From contig DYFA01000045.1 of assembly GCA_020725425.1 (NCBI GenBank), positions 4,051 through 68,050 of the forward strand: a stretch of 64,000 nt of DNA, in the 5' to 3' direction. The notes beneath the pieces are model-generated. The model ran no database searches. It was not told where the DNA came from and saw only the letters and a program-made list of their open reading frames with translations. The DNA comes from Aneurinibacillus sp. Its GTDB lineage: Bacteria > Bacillota > UBA5301 > DYFA01. The position numbers were made by a program, and so were the translations under genes. Positions 37,276 to 46,064 of this stretch are shown here, piece after piece; positions within the stretch are counted from its first letter, which is position 1; each line of letters starts with the position of its first letter.

Positions 37276-37836
37276 TCACGTCCAGCCCGGAGGCGTCAAG
37301 ACCCATACCAGAACCGTCTCCTCGTCGCCGTAGCTGTCTACCATGTGCGGCTGCAGGGCCTGGAACCAGATGCTGTCGCCTTCGGACAAGATGTACTCCT
37401 TGGCGCCGAGGGTGACCTTGGCTGTCCCCTTGAGCACGAGCCCGTACTCCTCCCCTTCGTGAGCCAGCGGCTTCTTGGGGGTGTAGGTTTTCGGGTCGAT
37501 CGTGATGAGGACGAACTCCGCCTTCTTGTTCACCAGGTTCGGGGTGAGCAGTTCATAGGTCACGTCCAGGTGGGGAAGAAGCAGCCTTTTCCGCTTGTCC
37601 CGACGCACTACCACGTCGCCCTCGCTCGGCTCGCTGCCGAACAGGTAACCCATCGGGATCTCCAGGGACTTCGCCAGCTTCTTCAACGCCGCGATGGACG
37701 GCGAGACCAGACCCCGTTCCACCTGGCTGATGAAGCTCGCTGAGAGTCCGCAGCGGGCCGCCAACTCCTGCAGCGTGATGCGCCGCGTCTTCCTCAACTC
37801 CCGGAGCTTCCGTCCCAGCTCCGCATCGCCTTGCAT
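37276..37836 (-). CDS. XRE-family HTH transcriptional regulator with a C-terminal cupin sensor domain
   Basis: Contains LRELRKTRRITLQELAARCGLSASFISQVERG followed by a cupin barrel. I prefer ATG 37836; the alternative is TTG 37845. Confidence 0.85.
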   Translation of the reverse strand: MQGDAELGRKLRELRKTRRITLQELAARCGLSASFISQVERGLVSPSIAALKKLAKSLEIPMGYLFGSEPSEGDVVVRRDKRKRLLLPHLDVTYELLTPNLVNKKAEFVLITIDPKTYTPKKPLAHEGEEYGLVLKGTAKVTLGAKEYILSEGDSIWFQALQPHMVDSYGDEETVLVWVLTPPGWT

Positions 37837-38648
37837 CTGTCGCAACCCCCTGACTCGCTCTCCCTTAGCTGGTTTAGAGCCTTGGCTACCAGCCGGAAGA
37901 CGTGGGACAGCATGATCTTGTCGGTTTCAACCGTGACGATCCGGACACCCTTCCTGATCCAGGCCGCGGCCTTGTCCGCCATGCGCTCGAGGTCCGGGTC
38001 GAACACCACGGAGACCGTGGCGACCCCCTTTTCCCGGGCGATCCTGACCATCTGCTCCATCTTCTCCATGACGAGCGGATGGTCCATCTGTCCGCCGACG
38101 CCCAGTGCCACAGACAGGTCGAACGGCCCCACCATGATGGCGTCCACCCCGTCCACGCTGGCGATCTCCTCGAAGTTCCTGACGCCGTCCACGCCCTCGA
38201 CCAGGAGAAAGACGAGCGTATCCTCGTTGGAGCGCCGGGCGAAAGCCGACCAGTCGTCCGTCAGGTAGCCGGCGGCGCGCACACACGGGCAGGCTCCCCG
38301 GTTACCCTCGGGCCCGTACTTGGCCGCCTGAACCGCCCGGAGGGCGTCTTCCCTGGTTGAAACCTGGGGAACGAGGATACCCTGCGCGCCCAGGTCGAGG
38401 GCTTTCATGATCAGCGTCGGGTTCTTGTCCTGCACCCGGACGATGACCGGAACCCCCACGGCGTCGGCCGCCCGGATGAGGTTCTCCGCCCCCTCGACGC
38501 CGAAGTAGCCGTGCTCCGTGTCGATGATGAGGAAGTCGAACCCCGAATGGGCCAGGATCTCGACGGTCTCTGGGCTTCCGATCTGCGCCCAGGTTCCGGT
38601 CACCAGATCTCCCCGCCGGATCGCCTCTTTGAGGGCTCTGTACTTCAC
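37794..38648 (-). CDS. HpcH/HpaI-family aldolase (2-keto-3-deoxy/4-hydroxy-2-oxo-acid aldolase type)
   Basis: 284 aa. Motifs are GTWAQIGSPETVEILAHSGFDFLIIDTEHG ... GILVPQV. The GTG start overlaps the upstream stop (GTGA). Confidence 0.85.
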   Translation of the reverse strand: MKYRALKEAIRRGDLVTGTWAQIGSPETVEILAHSGFDFLIIDTEHGYFGVEGAENLIRAADAVGVPVIVRVQDKNPTLIMKALDLGAQGILVPQVSTREDALRAVQAAKYGPEGNRGACPCVRAAGYLTDDWSAFARRSNEDTLVFLLVEGVDGVRNFEEIASVDGVDAIMVGPFDLSVALGVGGQMDHPLVMEKMEQMVRIAREKGVATVSVVFDPDLERMADKAAAWIRKGVRIVTVETDKIMLSHVFRLVAKALNQLRESESGGCDRCKAMRSWDGSSGS

Positions 38649-39343
38649 TGCGCCGCCCCCTTTCGGCCCACCGGACTTGCCCGTTCCTCGAGCACCTGCC
38701 TGACCCTGGCCACCCCCAGTTCCGGGCTGGACAGGACCGGGACGTGCACCCCGCCTTCGAGGCGTGGGATCAGCCGGGCCATGGAGGCCTGGGCGAGCAC
38801 CACTACGTCCGCCGTCTCGGCTGCTTCCCTGATTTTCGTCAGAACCAGCCAGTCATGCTCCTCACCCTTCCCGGCCAGAAGGCACTCGAAGGCTCCGGGG
38901 ACCACTGTCCCCGAAACTCCCACCGCCTTCCCCCGGGCGCCAGCCTTGTTCCGGATCAGGCGGACCGTCGGGTCGAGCGTGGTCCTGGCCGTCGCCACCA
39001 CGGCGATCGTGGAGCCGAGTTCCACCGCCTTCTCCGCCATCGCCTCGTCTATCTTGACGATCGGTACGCTGATCAGGGCCTGGGCCAGGTCCACGGTCTC
39101 TCCCACCGAGGAACAGGCGTTAAGGATGACGTCGACGCCCATGCTCTCGGCGACGGAGAAATAGGAGAGCATCCTCCTGGCCACGGCCTTGGTCACGCCG
39201 CCGGCCGCCAGAACGTCAGCGATCAGGCTGTCGTCCGCGATATTGATAACCCTCACCTCGGGCAACAATCGGGCAAAGCAGCTCTTGAGCGGTTCGATAG
39301 TCACCGGAGCGGTATGGACGACAGCCACGGTTGCCGCGGGCAT
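38645..39343 (-). CDS. Asp/Glu/hydantoin racemase superfamily protein
   Basis: 232 aa. It has two Rossmann-like halves. NACSS carries a candidate catalytic Cys. The second-half position reads LAQASM, with no Cys. Confidence 0.7.
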   Translation of the reverse strand: MPAATVAVVHTAPVTIEPLKSCFARLLPEVRVINIADDSLIADVLAAGGVTKAVARRMLSYFSVAESMGVDVILNACSSVGETVDLAQALISVPIVKIDEAMAEKAVELGSTIAVVATARTTLDPTVRLIRNKAGARGKAVGVSGTVVPGAFECLLAGKGEEHDWLVLTKIREAAETADVVVLAQASMARLIPRLEGGVHVPVLSSPELGVARVRQVLEERASPVGRKGAAQ

Positions 39344-39410
39344 GCCCTTCCCCCCCTCTCGCAGGCAGGTCGCCCCGGACCCCCGCCCGGCGGGCCCGGT
39401 AACGAACAGA

Positions 39411-40385
39411 CTACTCCTCGGTCTCTCTGCCCAGGAAGACGACCCATTCCCCGGCGTGAACCACCGGGTACACGCGCCTGCCGGTCACGACGGCGTCGAA
39501 GGGCGCCCGGATCTCCTCAAGCTCCCGGCCAAAGAAGTCGATGATGCGCATGAGTTTGTCACCGGCCTTGACCCTCTTGCGCAGGGCGAAGTCCGGCTCG
39601 GGAACCACGATTCCGCCGTAGTTGCAGGGCATCTGCAAGAGGTCCACCACGGTGTACTTCTCGGGAACGTCCGGGGTGCCCTCAAGCATCCCATAATGCT
39701 TCATGACATTGGTGATCCCGTGAACCATCTTGCCGATGCTCTCTTCGAAGTGGTCGAACCGCCCGCCGGCCCCGCCGACCTCAAGCCCGATGGCCGGGAT
39801 GCCGTAGCGGGCGCAGCCGCCCATAGTCGTCCCCGACCCGAACGGGGCGCCTTTCCAGAGGATGTCCCACGTGCCTCCTACGGCCTTGGCCAGCTCGAGC
39901 GATTCCGGCCGTTCGTAGCAGACGTGCTCTGTGAGCACCAGGATATTGGCCCCGCAGTGCAGGTCGATCACCAGGTCGGCCCGGGAAATGATCTGGTCGA
40001 AGTAGACGTGGGCGATCCGTTCGGTGAGGAAGCCGTCCGGCCGGCCGGGGAAGATGCGGTTCATGTCCAGGATGTACAGGTCGTATGGGTTGCCCCGGCG
40101 CATGTTGTGGAAGGCCGGCACGTTGATCACCGGAACTCCGATGAAGGTACCCTTCAATTTCTTCGGGTCCAGCGTCTGGCCGAGCCGGATGACGGACATG
40201 GTCCCCTCGTGTTCGTCACCGTGGCAGCAGGCCCCCACCACCAGGGTCGGTCCCGGTTGGGTCCCGTGGACCACGATGACTGGCAGTTTGATCATAGTCC
40301 CGTCCGGGCGGTTGACCACCGGGACGTGACCGAAGGCCGTGGTCCCCGGTTCTGCGCAGGCTGTCCCCAGACTGTACTTCTCCAT
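39411..40385 (-). CDS. AstE/AspA-family Zn-deacylase, paralog 3
   Basis: Motifs are HGDEHEG ... DMNRIFPG ... DLHCGAN. I prefer ATG 40385 (MEKYSLGT, 7 nt after GGAGG). The track start at 40391 abuts the SD. Confidence 0.85.
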   Translation of the reverse strand: MEKYSLGTACAEPGTTAFGHVPVVNRPDGTMIKLPVIVVHGTQPGPTLVVGACCHGDEHEGTMSVIRLGQTLDPKKLKGTFIGVPVINVPAFHNMRRGNPYDLYILDMNRIFPGRPDGFLTERIAHVYFDQIISRADLVIDLHCGANILVLTEHVCYERPESLELAKAVGGTWDILWKGAPFGSGTTMGGCARYGIPAIGLEVGGAGGRFDHFEESIGKMVHGITNVMKHYGMLEGTPDVPEKYTVVDLLQMPCNYGGIVVPEPDFALRKRVKAGDKLMRIIDFFGRELEEIRAPFDAVVTGRRVYPVVHAGEWVVFLGRETEE

Positions 40386-40402
40386 CACCATACCTCCCCT
40401 TT

Positions 40403-40534
40403 GTGCTGCCCTGGCGGCACGCCTTCCGGCGCCCTTGCATTCAGCAGAACTGAAATACTGGCGGCTTTTTTCAGCATTGGTGTTCTACACCTCGGCCAGA
40501 AATCCCTCCCGGGAATTTAAGCATTGCTGAAAAA
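40403..40534 (-). other. AT-rich structured intergenic element between deacylase paralogs 4 and 3
   Basis: A 10-bp inverted repeat (40467-40476 / 40525-40534) encloses the GGTGT-TCT-ACACC hairpin (40479-40491). A competing CTGAAA/TTTCAG stem lies at 40450-40455 / 40469-40474. A 7-bp hairpin lies at 40403-40420, just upstream of the SD. Confidence 0.45.
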
Positions 40535-40544
40535 GGAGAGGCAG

Positions 40545-41519
40545 TCACTCAGTGGTCCGCTGGCCGAGGAAGATCGCCCACTCCCCCGCGTGGACCACGG
40601 GGTAGACGCGCCGGCCGCAGACGAGGGCGTCGAAGGGCGCCCGGATCTCCTCGACCTCTCGCCCGAAGAAATCGATCACGCTCATTACCTTTTCGCCCTG
40701 CTTCACCCATTGCCGTAGCCGGAGGCCGGGTTCCGGCACGATGAGCCCCCCATGGTTGCAGGGGTAGGGCAGCATCTGAACCACCGTGTACTCCCTGGGC
40801 AGGTCGGGAGTCCCCTCGAGCATTCTGAAGTGCTTCATCACGTTGGCAATGCCGTGCACGAACTTGTCCACATTCTCCTCGAAGTGGTCGAACCGCCCGC
40901 CGGCCCCGCCCAGTTCGAGCATGACGGAGGGGATACCCAGCCGGGCCGCGGCGCCGTTCGAGGTGCCCGAGCCGAAGGTGTCGCCTTTCCAGAGGATATC
41001 CCACGGTCCGCCGACCGCCTTCGCCAGTTCCAGGGAGTCGGGTCGCTCATAGCAGACGAGTTCCGTTTGGACCAGGATGTTCGCCCCAGAGTGGAGGTCG
41101 ATGAGCAGGTCGGCGCGCGACACGATCTCCTGGAAGAAGGTGTGGGCGATCCGCTCGGTGAGGAAGCCGTCCGGCCGGCCGGGGAAGATGCGGTTCATGT
41201 CCAGGATGTACAGGTCGTACGGGTTGCCCCGCCGCATGTTGTGGAAGGCCGGCACGTTGATGACCGGCACCCCGATGAAGGTGCCTTTCAGCCTTTGGGG
41301 ATCGATCTCCCGTCCGAGCCGGATGACGGTCATGGTGCCTTCGTGTTCGTCTCCGTGGCAACAGGCTCCCACGACCAGAGTCGGTCCCGGCTCGACCCCA
41401 TGGGCGACGATGACCGGCAGGTTGACCATCGTCCCGTCCGGCCGGTTGGCCACCGGGACGTGGCCGAAGGCTGTCGTTCCGGGTTTCACCTTCACTGGAC
41501 CCATCTGGTAGTAATCCAT
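40545..41519 (-). CDS. AstE/AspA-family Zn-deacylase, paralog 4
   Basis: 324 aa. Motifs are HGDEHEG ... DMNRIFPG ... DLHSGAN. By eye it is about three-quarters identical to paralog 3. Confidence 0.85.
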   Translation of the reverse strand: MDYYQMGPVKVKPGTTAFGHVPVANRPDGTMVNLPVIVAHGVEPGPTLVVGACCHGDEHEGTMTVIRLGREIDPQRLKGTFIGVPVINVPAFHNMRRGNPYDLYILDMNRIFPGRPDGFLTERIAHTFFQEIVSRADLLIDLHSGANILVQTELVCYERPDSLELAKAVGGPWDILWKGDTFGSGTSNGAAARLGIPSVMLELGGAGGRFDHFEENVDKFVHGIANVMKHFRMLEGTPDLPREYTVVQMLPYPCNHGGLIVPEPGLRLRQWVKQGEKVMSVIDFFGREVEEIRAPFDALVCGRRVYPVVHAGEWAIFLGQRTTE

Positions 41520-41572
41520 ACCTCTCCCCCCTGTTGTCCGAATTCAAGCCGTTTCCTCAGACCCGGCGGCAC

Positions 41573-41938
41573 TTACTCTGCCTGCCCGCCCCCCACCCAG
41601 AAGGGCGGAGAGAAGCAGAAAGTGAACTTCATGGTCTCGTCGCTCAGGTTTTTCACGCTGTGGCTCGCCTGGCGGGGAAAGTAGACGGCGGTACCCGGTT
41701 TGAGCGGCTCAGTCTGGCCGTCGACAACCACCTCGCCCCACCCCGAGAGGATGTAGATGATCTCCTCGGCACCCTCATGGACGTGAAAGTCCATGGCGGT
41801 ATGCGGGGGAACCTCGGTCACCCCGAAATTGAGCCCCTGGCTCCCCAAGGTCTCCGGCCCGACGAGCAGCTTCACCTTTCGTTTGGGCAGCTCGACCTCC
41901 CTCACCTCGTGTTCAGCGATGGTCTTGCGTGTGAGCAT
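41573..41938 (-). CDS. Cupin-domain protein
   Basis: 121 aa from ATG 41938, preceded by GAGGAGAGGAAAG. The metal motif is FHVHEGAEEIIYILSG...YFPRQASHSV. Confidence 0.8.
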   Translation of the reverse strand: MLTRKTIAEHEVREVELPKRKVKLLVGPETLGSQGLNFGVTEVPPHTAMDFHVHEGAEEIIYILSGWGEVVVDGQTEPLKPGTAVYFPRQASHSVKNLSDETMKFTFCFSPPFWVGGGQAE

Positions 41939-41960
41939 CTTTCCTCTCCTCTCTGAACCT

Positions 41961-43169
41961 TTAAGGCTTCGCACCCGCCCCCTGCAACAAGGCCTCCACA
42001 ATCACCCTGGTCGTCTCCCTGGCCCACGGCGGGCAGCCCGGGGAGTACGCCAGGCAGTCCCGGTACTTGGCCAGGCAGGTGCCGACCGCCACCTGGATCC
42101 GGCTCGGATCGTCCGAGGGGACGGCTCCGGGGCCCACCAGAATATCGACCGGCGGGCCGTTGCGCAGGAGGTCGGCGGAGACTTGTTGCGGCACAAAGGT
42201 CGACAGGCACGAAGCCAGCACGATGCTGCAGTGGCTGCAGGGATTGCCCTTGACCACCCTGACCCGGGTGTCGGGAAGGAGTGAGTCCAAGGTCACCGGG
42301 GGCCGCTCGACGCCAGCCGGCCTGACGTCCTCAAGGCGGGCGCCGACCACCTCGATCCCGGCCAAATCGCACGTCCCCAGCCCCCGCTCGGCCGCCAGGG
42401 CGATGTGCTTCACCTCGTATGGGTCGAAGCCCATGATCCCGGCGCAGACCGCATCGACAGCCACGGCGTCAAGCCCGCCGACCAGAACACCGAGCTTGAA
42501 TGGCTTCCCGGTGGGACCGGGCCCGACGCCCTCCATGGCCACCAGTCCTTCCACGACGGCGAGGTGGGGTTTGAAGGCGGTGTTCAGGTCGACGAGGGTC
42601 TCGTTTATGTCCAGAAAGTGCATCTCCCGTCGCTCACGGTCGGAGGACATGATGCCTTTCATGTTCTTGAGCGAGAAGGTCACCATGGTTTCGCAGTGGG
42701 TCTTCATCTTGGCCACACTCACCCGGTAGTCGCACTCCAGGAGGGCCTTGGGCACCCGGACGGACTTCTTGATCCGGCCCTCGGGCAGGGATACCTCGAC
42801 CCCCTCGTCACCCTTGCAGTCGAGCAGGGGGACGCCGGCGTCCTGGGCCAACCGGTCCCAGCCCAACTTGGCGAAGACCGGTCCGCTGTTCACCCCGGAT
42901 GTTCCCTCGCCGATGAGCACCTCGACTCCGGCTTCCTTGAAGAGCCGGGCCAGCGCCAGGACCACCCAAGGGTTGGTGGTGACCGCCGTCCGATCCCACT
43001 CCTCCGCCAGCACCACGTTGGGTTTGAGCAAGACCTTGTGGGCACGCGGAGGCAGGAGGGAGTCCACTCCCCCCAGGAGTTCGATGAGCCAGCGGGTCCT
43101 GGCCTCCACGGCGGCAGGGCTGAAATCGTCGGCCTTTACGATGGCGACCCGGGCGCTCAGCCCAGTCAC
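41961..43169 (-). CDS. DUF362-domain protein
   Basis: Contains VAIVKADD...KVLLKPNVV...KMKTHCETMVTFSLKNMKG...MEGVGP. The start is uncertain: GTG 43169 lies inside the SD (TAAGGAGGTGA), and CTG 43160 has better spacing. Confidence 0.7.
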   Translation of the reverse strand: MTGLSARVAIVKADDFSPAAVEARTRWLIELLGGVDSLLPPRAHKVLLKPNVVLAEEWDRTAVTTNPWVVLALARLFKEAGVEVLIGEGTSGVNSGPVFAKLGWDRLAQDAGVPLLDCKGDEGVEVSLPEGRIKKSVRVPKALLECDYRVSVAKMKTHCETMVTFSLKNMKGIMSSDRERREMHFLDINETLVDLNTAFKPHLAVVEGLVAMEGVGPGPTGKPFKLGVLVGGLDAVAVDAVCAGIMGFDPYEVKHIALAAERGLGTCDLAGIEVVGARLEDVRPAGVERPPVTLDSLLPDTRVRVVKGNPCSHCSIVLASCLSTFVPQQVSADLLRNGPPVDILVGPGAVPSDDPSRIQVAVGTCLAKYRDCLAYSPGCPPWARETTRVIVEALLQGAGAKP

Positions 43170-43173
43170 CTCC

Positions 43174-44277
43174 TTATTCGGGGAAGCACATGCTGCTTTG
43201 AACGGCCCACTTGACGGTCGCCGTCCCGCCCTCCGCGACGGAAGGCGCAGATTGAGCCGACTGCTGCTGCACCCTGAGCCGCTCACCGCCCGGGAGCACC
43301 ACGTGGTACTCGACGATCGAACCGAGGTGCGATACGTGCTCGATTCGGCCACGGACCGCGTTCACGCCCGGCGCGGACTCCCTTTCGGCCTCCGCAGCCG
43401 GGGCCAATTCCAGGTGTTCTGGTCGGACCGCCACGCACAGCCGCTGCCCGGTGGCGAGACCGGGAACCCCCTTGCACCACAGCCGCAGGCCGCTGTCCGT
43501 CTTGAGCACCGCCGGCTCAGATCCGGCTGGAAGCGCCTCAAGCACACCGTTCAGGAAGTTGCAGGTGCCGATGAAATTGGCCACGAAGCGGCTGACGGGG
43601 TGGTCGTAGACGTCCTGCGGCGAACCGACCTGCCGGACCTCGCCCTTATCCATGACGACGATCCGGTCGGCCAGTGTGAGGGCTTCCTCCTGATCATGCG
43701 TCACGAAGATAGAGGTGATCCCCACCTCCTTCTGGATGCGCCGGATCTCGATCCTCATCTGCTGCCGGAGCTTGGCGTCCAGGTTGGACAAAGGCTCGTC
43801 GAGCAGCAACACCTGGGGAAGGATGACCATGGCGCGAGCCAGGGCCACCCGCTGCTGCTGGCCGCCGGAGAGCTGCCGGGGGTATCGGTGTTCGAGCTCT
43901 AACAGCCCCACCATCTCGAGCATTTCCCGGGCCCGGGTCCTCGCCTCGGTCCGAGGGATCCGCCGCATGCGCAGCCCATACTCCACATTGGCCAGCACCG
44001 TCATGTGAGGGAAGAGGGCGTAGCTCTGGAAGACCATGCCCAGATTGCGTTTGTTGGGCGGGAGTTGGGTGATGTCCTGGCCCTTGACCAGGATGGACCC
44101 GGCGGTAGGTTCCACGAAGCCGGCGATCATCCGGAGCAGCGTCGTCTTCCCGCAGCCGCTCGGTCCCAGAAGGCAGAGCAGCTCCCCCTTCTCGATCTCT
44201 AGGGAGACGTTGTTCACGGCCAGGACTTCACTCCCGGCATACTTCTTGGACACCGACCGCAGTTCCAGATCAACCAT
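43174..44277 (-). CDS. ABC transporter ATP-binding protein (PotA-like), system 2
   Basis: Motifs are GPSGCGKTT, LSGGQQQR and LLLDEP. I prefer ATG 44277, preceded by GAGAGGTGAG. Confidence 0.9.
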   Translation of the reverse strand: MVDLELRSVSKKYAGSEVLAVNNVSLEIEKGELLCLLGPSGCGKTTLLRMIAGFVEPTAGSILVKGQDITQLPPNKRNLGMVFQSYALFPHMTVLANVEYGLRMRRIPRTEARTRAREMLEMVGLLELEHRYPRQLSGGQQQRVALARAMVILPQVLLLDEPLSNLDAKLRQQMRIEIRRIQKEVGITSIFVTHDQEEALTLADRIVVMDKGEVRQVGSPQDVYDHPVSRFVANFIGTCNFLNGVLEALPAGSEPAVLKTDSGLRLWCKGVPGLATGQRLCVAVRPEHLELAPAAEAERESAPGVNAVRGRIEHVSHLGSIVEYHVVLPGGERLRVQQQSAQSAPSVAEGGTATVKWAVQSSMCFPE

Positions 44278-44321
44278 GGCTCTCACCTCTCAAGAGCTAA
44301 GGTCCGACCTTGCTCAAGCCC

Positions 44322-45122
44322 TTAGAACCCCAGGTAGCGGGGGGGCACGAAGACCGAGACCAGCAAGGTCACGCACAGAAGGACCGTGGAAATCGCGGCG
44401 ATCGTGGGATCGCTGTTGTATTCGAGGAAGTTGAAGATCCTGACCGGCAGGGTGGTCATCCGGGCGCCTGAGAGGAAGAGGGCGATCACCAGCTCGTCGA
44501 AGGACATGATGAAGGCAAAGATCGCCCCCGAGACCATCCCCGACCGGATCAGCGGCAGGGTGATCTCGAAGAAGGTCCGCCACCGGCCGGCCCCCAGGTT
44601 CAGCGAGGCCTCCTCCAGCGCCTCATCGACGCCGTACAGGTTGGCGCTGACGGTCCGGATCACGTACGGCACGATGACCAGCACGTGGGCCAGGACCAGC
44701 CCGATGAAGCTGCCTAAGATCTTCAGCCTGCTGTAGTAGACCAGGAGGGCGATGGCGAGCACGACCCCCGGGAAAAGGATGGGCGCCAGGAACAGCGAGT
44801 TCAGAAACTCCCGGCCCCGGAAGCGGTACCGCACCAGGGCCAGGGCGGCGGGCACCCCGATCACCGTGGCCACCGCAGCCGACGTGACACCGAGGACGGC
44901 GCTCGTCCTAAGAGCCTCCACGAACATGCTGTCCCGGAAGAAAGCCACGAACCACTTCAAGGTGAAGCCCTCGGGGGGGAAGACCATGTAGGAGCTGGTG
45001 TTGAACGCCATGAGCACCACCACGAGGAGCGGCGCCAGAAGGAACAGGTAGATCGCCAGGAGCACCAGGGAAGTGGTGCACGCCCCCACGAGGCTCGTCA
45101 GGGGTTTCCGGTACCTCGTCAT
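44322..45122 (-). CDS. ABC transporter permease (PotC-like), system 2
   Basis: ATG 45122 overlaps the upstream stop (ATGA). The EAA loop is LEEASLNLGAGRWRTFFEI. Confidence 0.85.
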   Translation of the reverse strand: MTRYRKPLTSLVGACTTSLVLLAIYLFLLAPLLVVVLMAFNTSSYMVFPPEGFTLKWFVAFFRDSMFVEALRTSAVLGVTSAAVATVIGVPAALALVRYRFRGREFLNSLFLAPILFPGVVLAIALLVYYSRLKILGSFIGLVLAHVLVIVPYVIRTVSANLYGVDEALEEASLNLGAGRWRTFFEITLPLIRSGMVSGAIFAFIMSFDELVIALFLSGARMTTLPVRIFNFLEYNSDPTIAAISTVLLCVTLLVSVFVPPRYLGF

Positions 45123-45979
45123 TTGGGCACCTCCCACTTTCCGGCCGAGATCAGCGCCCTCTGGTAAAGCGCTACCAGGGTCGTCACCACGACCAGCAGC
45201 ACCAGCGACACCGCCGCCGCAAACGGCCAGTTAAGCAGGCTGATCGCCTGCTCCCGGACCAGGCTGGACATCACCCGCACCGACGGCCCGCCCATCAGGC
45301 TCGGCGTCACAAACGAGCTGATCGCCAGGACGAAGACGAAGATGGACCCGGCGGCCACCCCCGGAAGGCTCAAGGGGAACACCACCGTGAGAAACGTCCG
45401 GAGTTTGCTCGCCCCCAGGCCCAGGGCGGCTTCTTCCAGGCTCCGGTCGATGTTGCGGATCACCGGGACCAGAGTCAGGACCATGAACGGCAGGAGCACC
45501 TCGGTCAAGGCGACCACCACGCCGCGGAGGGTGTACATGAACTTGACCGGGGCGGAGACCAGCCCGAGCTGGAGCAGGAGCTTGTTGACCAGGCCGTTGG
45601 TGCCGAGGAGGATCATCCACCCGTACGTCCTGATAACGGCGCTGCTCAAGAGCGGCAGGACCACCAGGATGAGCAGCACGGTCTTAAAGCGGGAGTTGGA
45701 CTTCGCCAGGAACAGCGCCAGCGGATAACCCAAGAGCAAGGCGAAGAAAGCGACCAGAAAACCCAGCCACAGGGTGCGGACAAGGATCTCCAGGTAATAC
45801 GAGTCGAACAGGAACTTGCTGTAATTCTTCAGGACGAAACCGGTGACCAGTCCCTGCCCCGGGACAAAGGGATAAAAGCTGTAGCGAAAGAGAACCAGGA
45901 GAGGGATGACAAACAGGGCCACTACCTCGAGCAACATGGGAAGGACCAGCCAGAAGACGGTCCTCTTGGTTCCTTCCAT
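45119..45979 (-). CDS. ABC transporter permease (PotB-like), system 2
   Basis: 286 aa. The EAA loop is LEEAALGLGASKLRTFLTV. The SD is GGGAGGCAGG. Confidence 0.85.
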   Translation of the reverse strand: MEGTKRTVFWLVLPMLLEVVALFVIPLLVLFRYSFYPFVPGQGLVTGFVLKNYSKFLFDSYYLEILVRTLWLGFLVAFFALLLGYPLALFLAKSNSRFKTVLLILVVLPLLSSAVIRTYGWMILLGTNGLVNKLLLQLGLVSAPVKFMYTLRGVVVALTEVLLPFMVLTLVPVIRNIDRSLEEAALGLGASKLRTFLTVVFPLSLPGVAAGSIFVFVLAISSFVTPSLMGGPSVRVMSSLVREQAISLLNWPFAAAVSLVLLVVVTTLVALYQRALISAGKWEVPK

Positions 45980-46001
45980 ACCTGCCTCCCACCTTTGTTA
46001 G

Positions 46002-46041
46002 GCCTCCCGAGTGCCCCCGCTTCCGGAGGCACTCGGGAGGC
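46002..46041 (-). promoter_or_regulatory. Perfect 14-bp stem / 12-nt loop hairpin in the creatininase-permease spacer, with an embedded anti-SD sequence
   Basis: GCCTCCCGAGTGCC (46002-46015) and GGCACTCGGGAGGC (46028-46041) are exact reverse complements. In addition, 46036-46045 is the exact complement of the permease SD region at 45981-45990. Confidence 0.6.
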
Positions 46042-46064
46042 AGGCCGCCTCTTGCGGGGTTACC

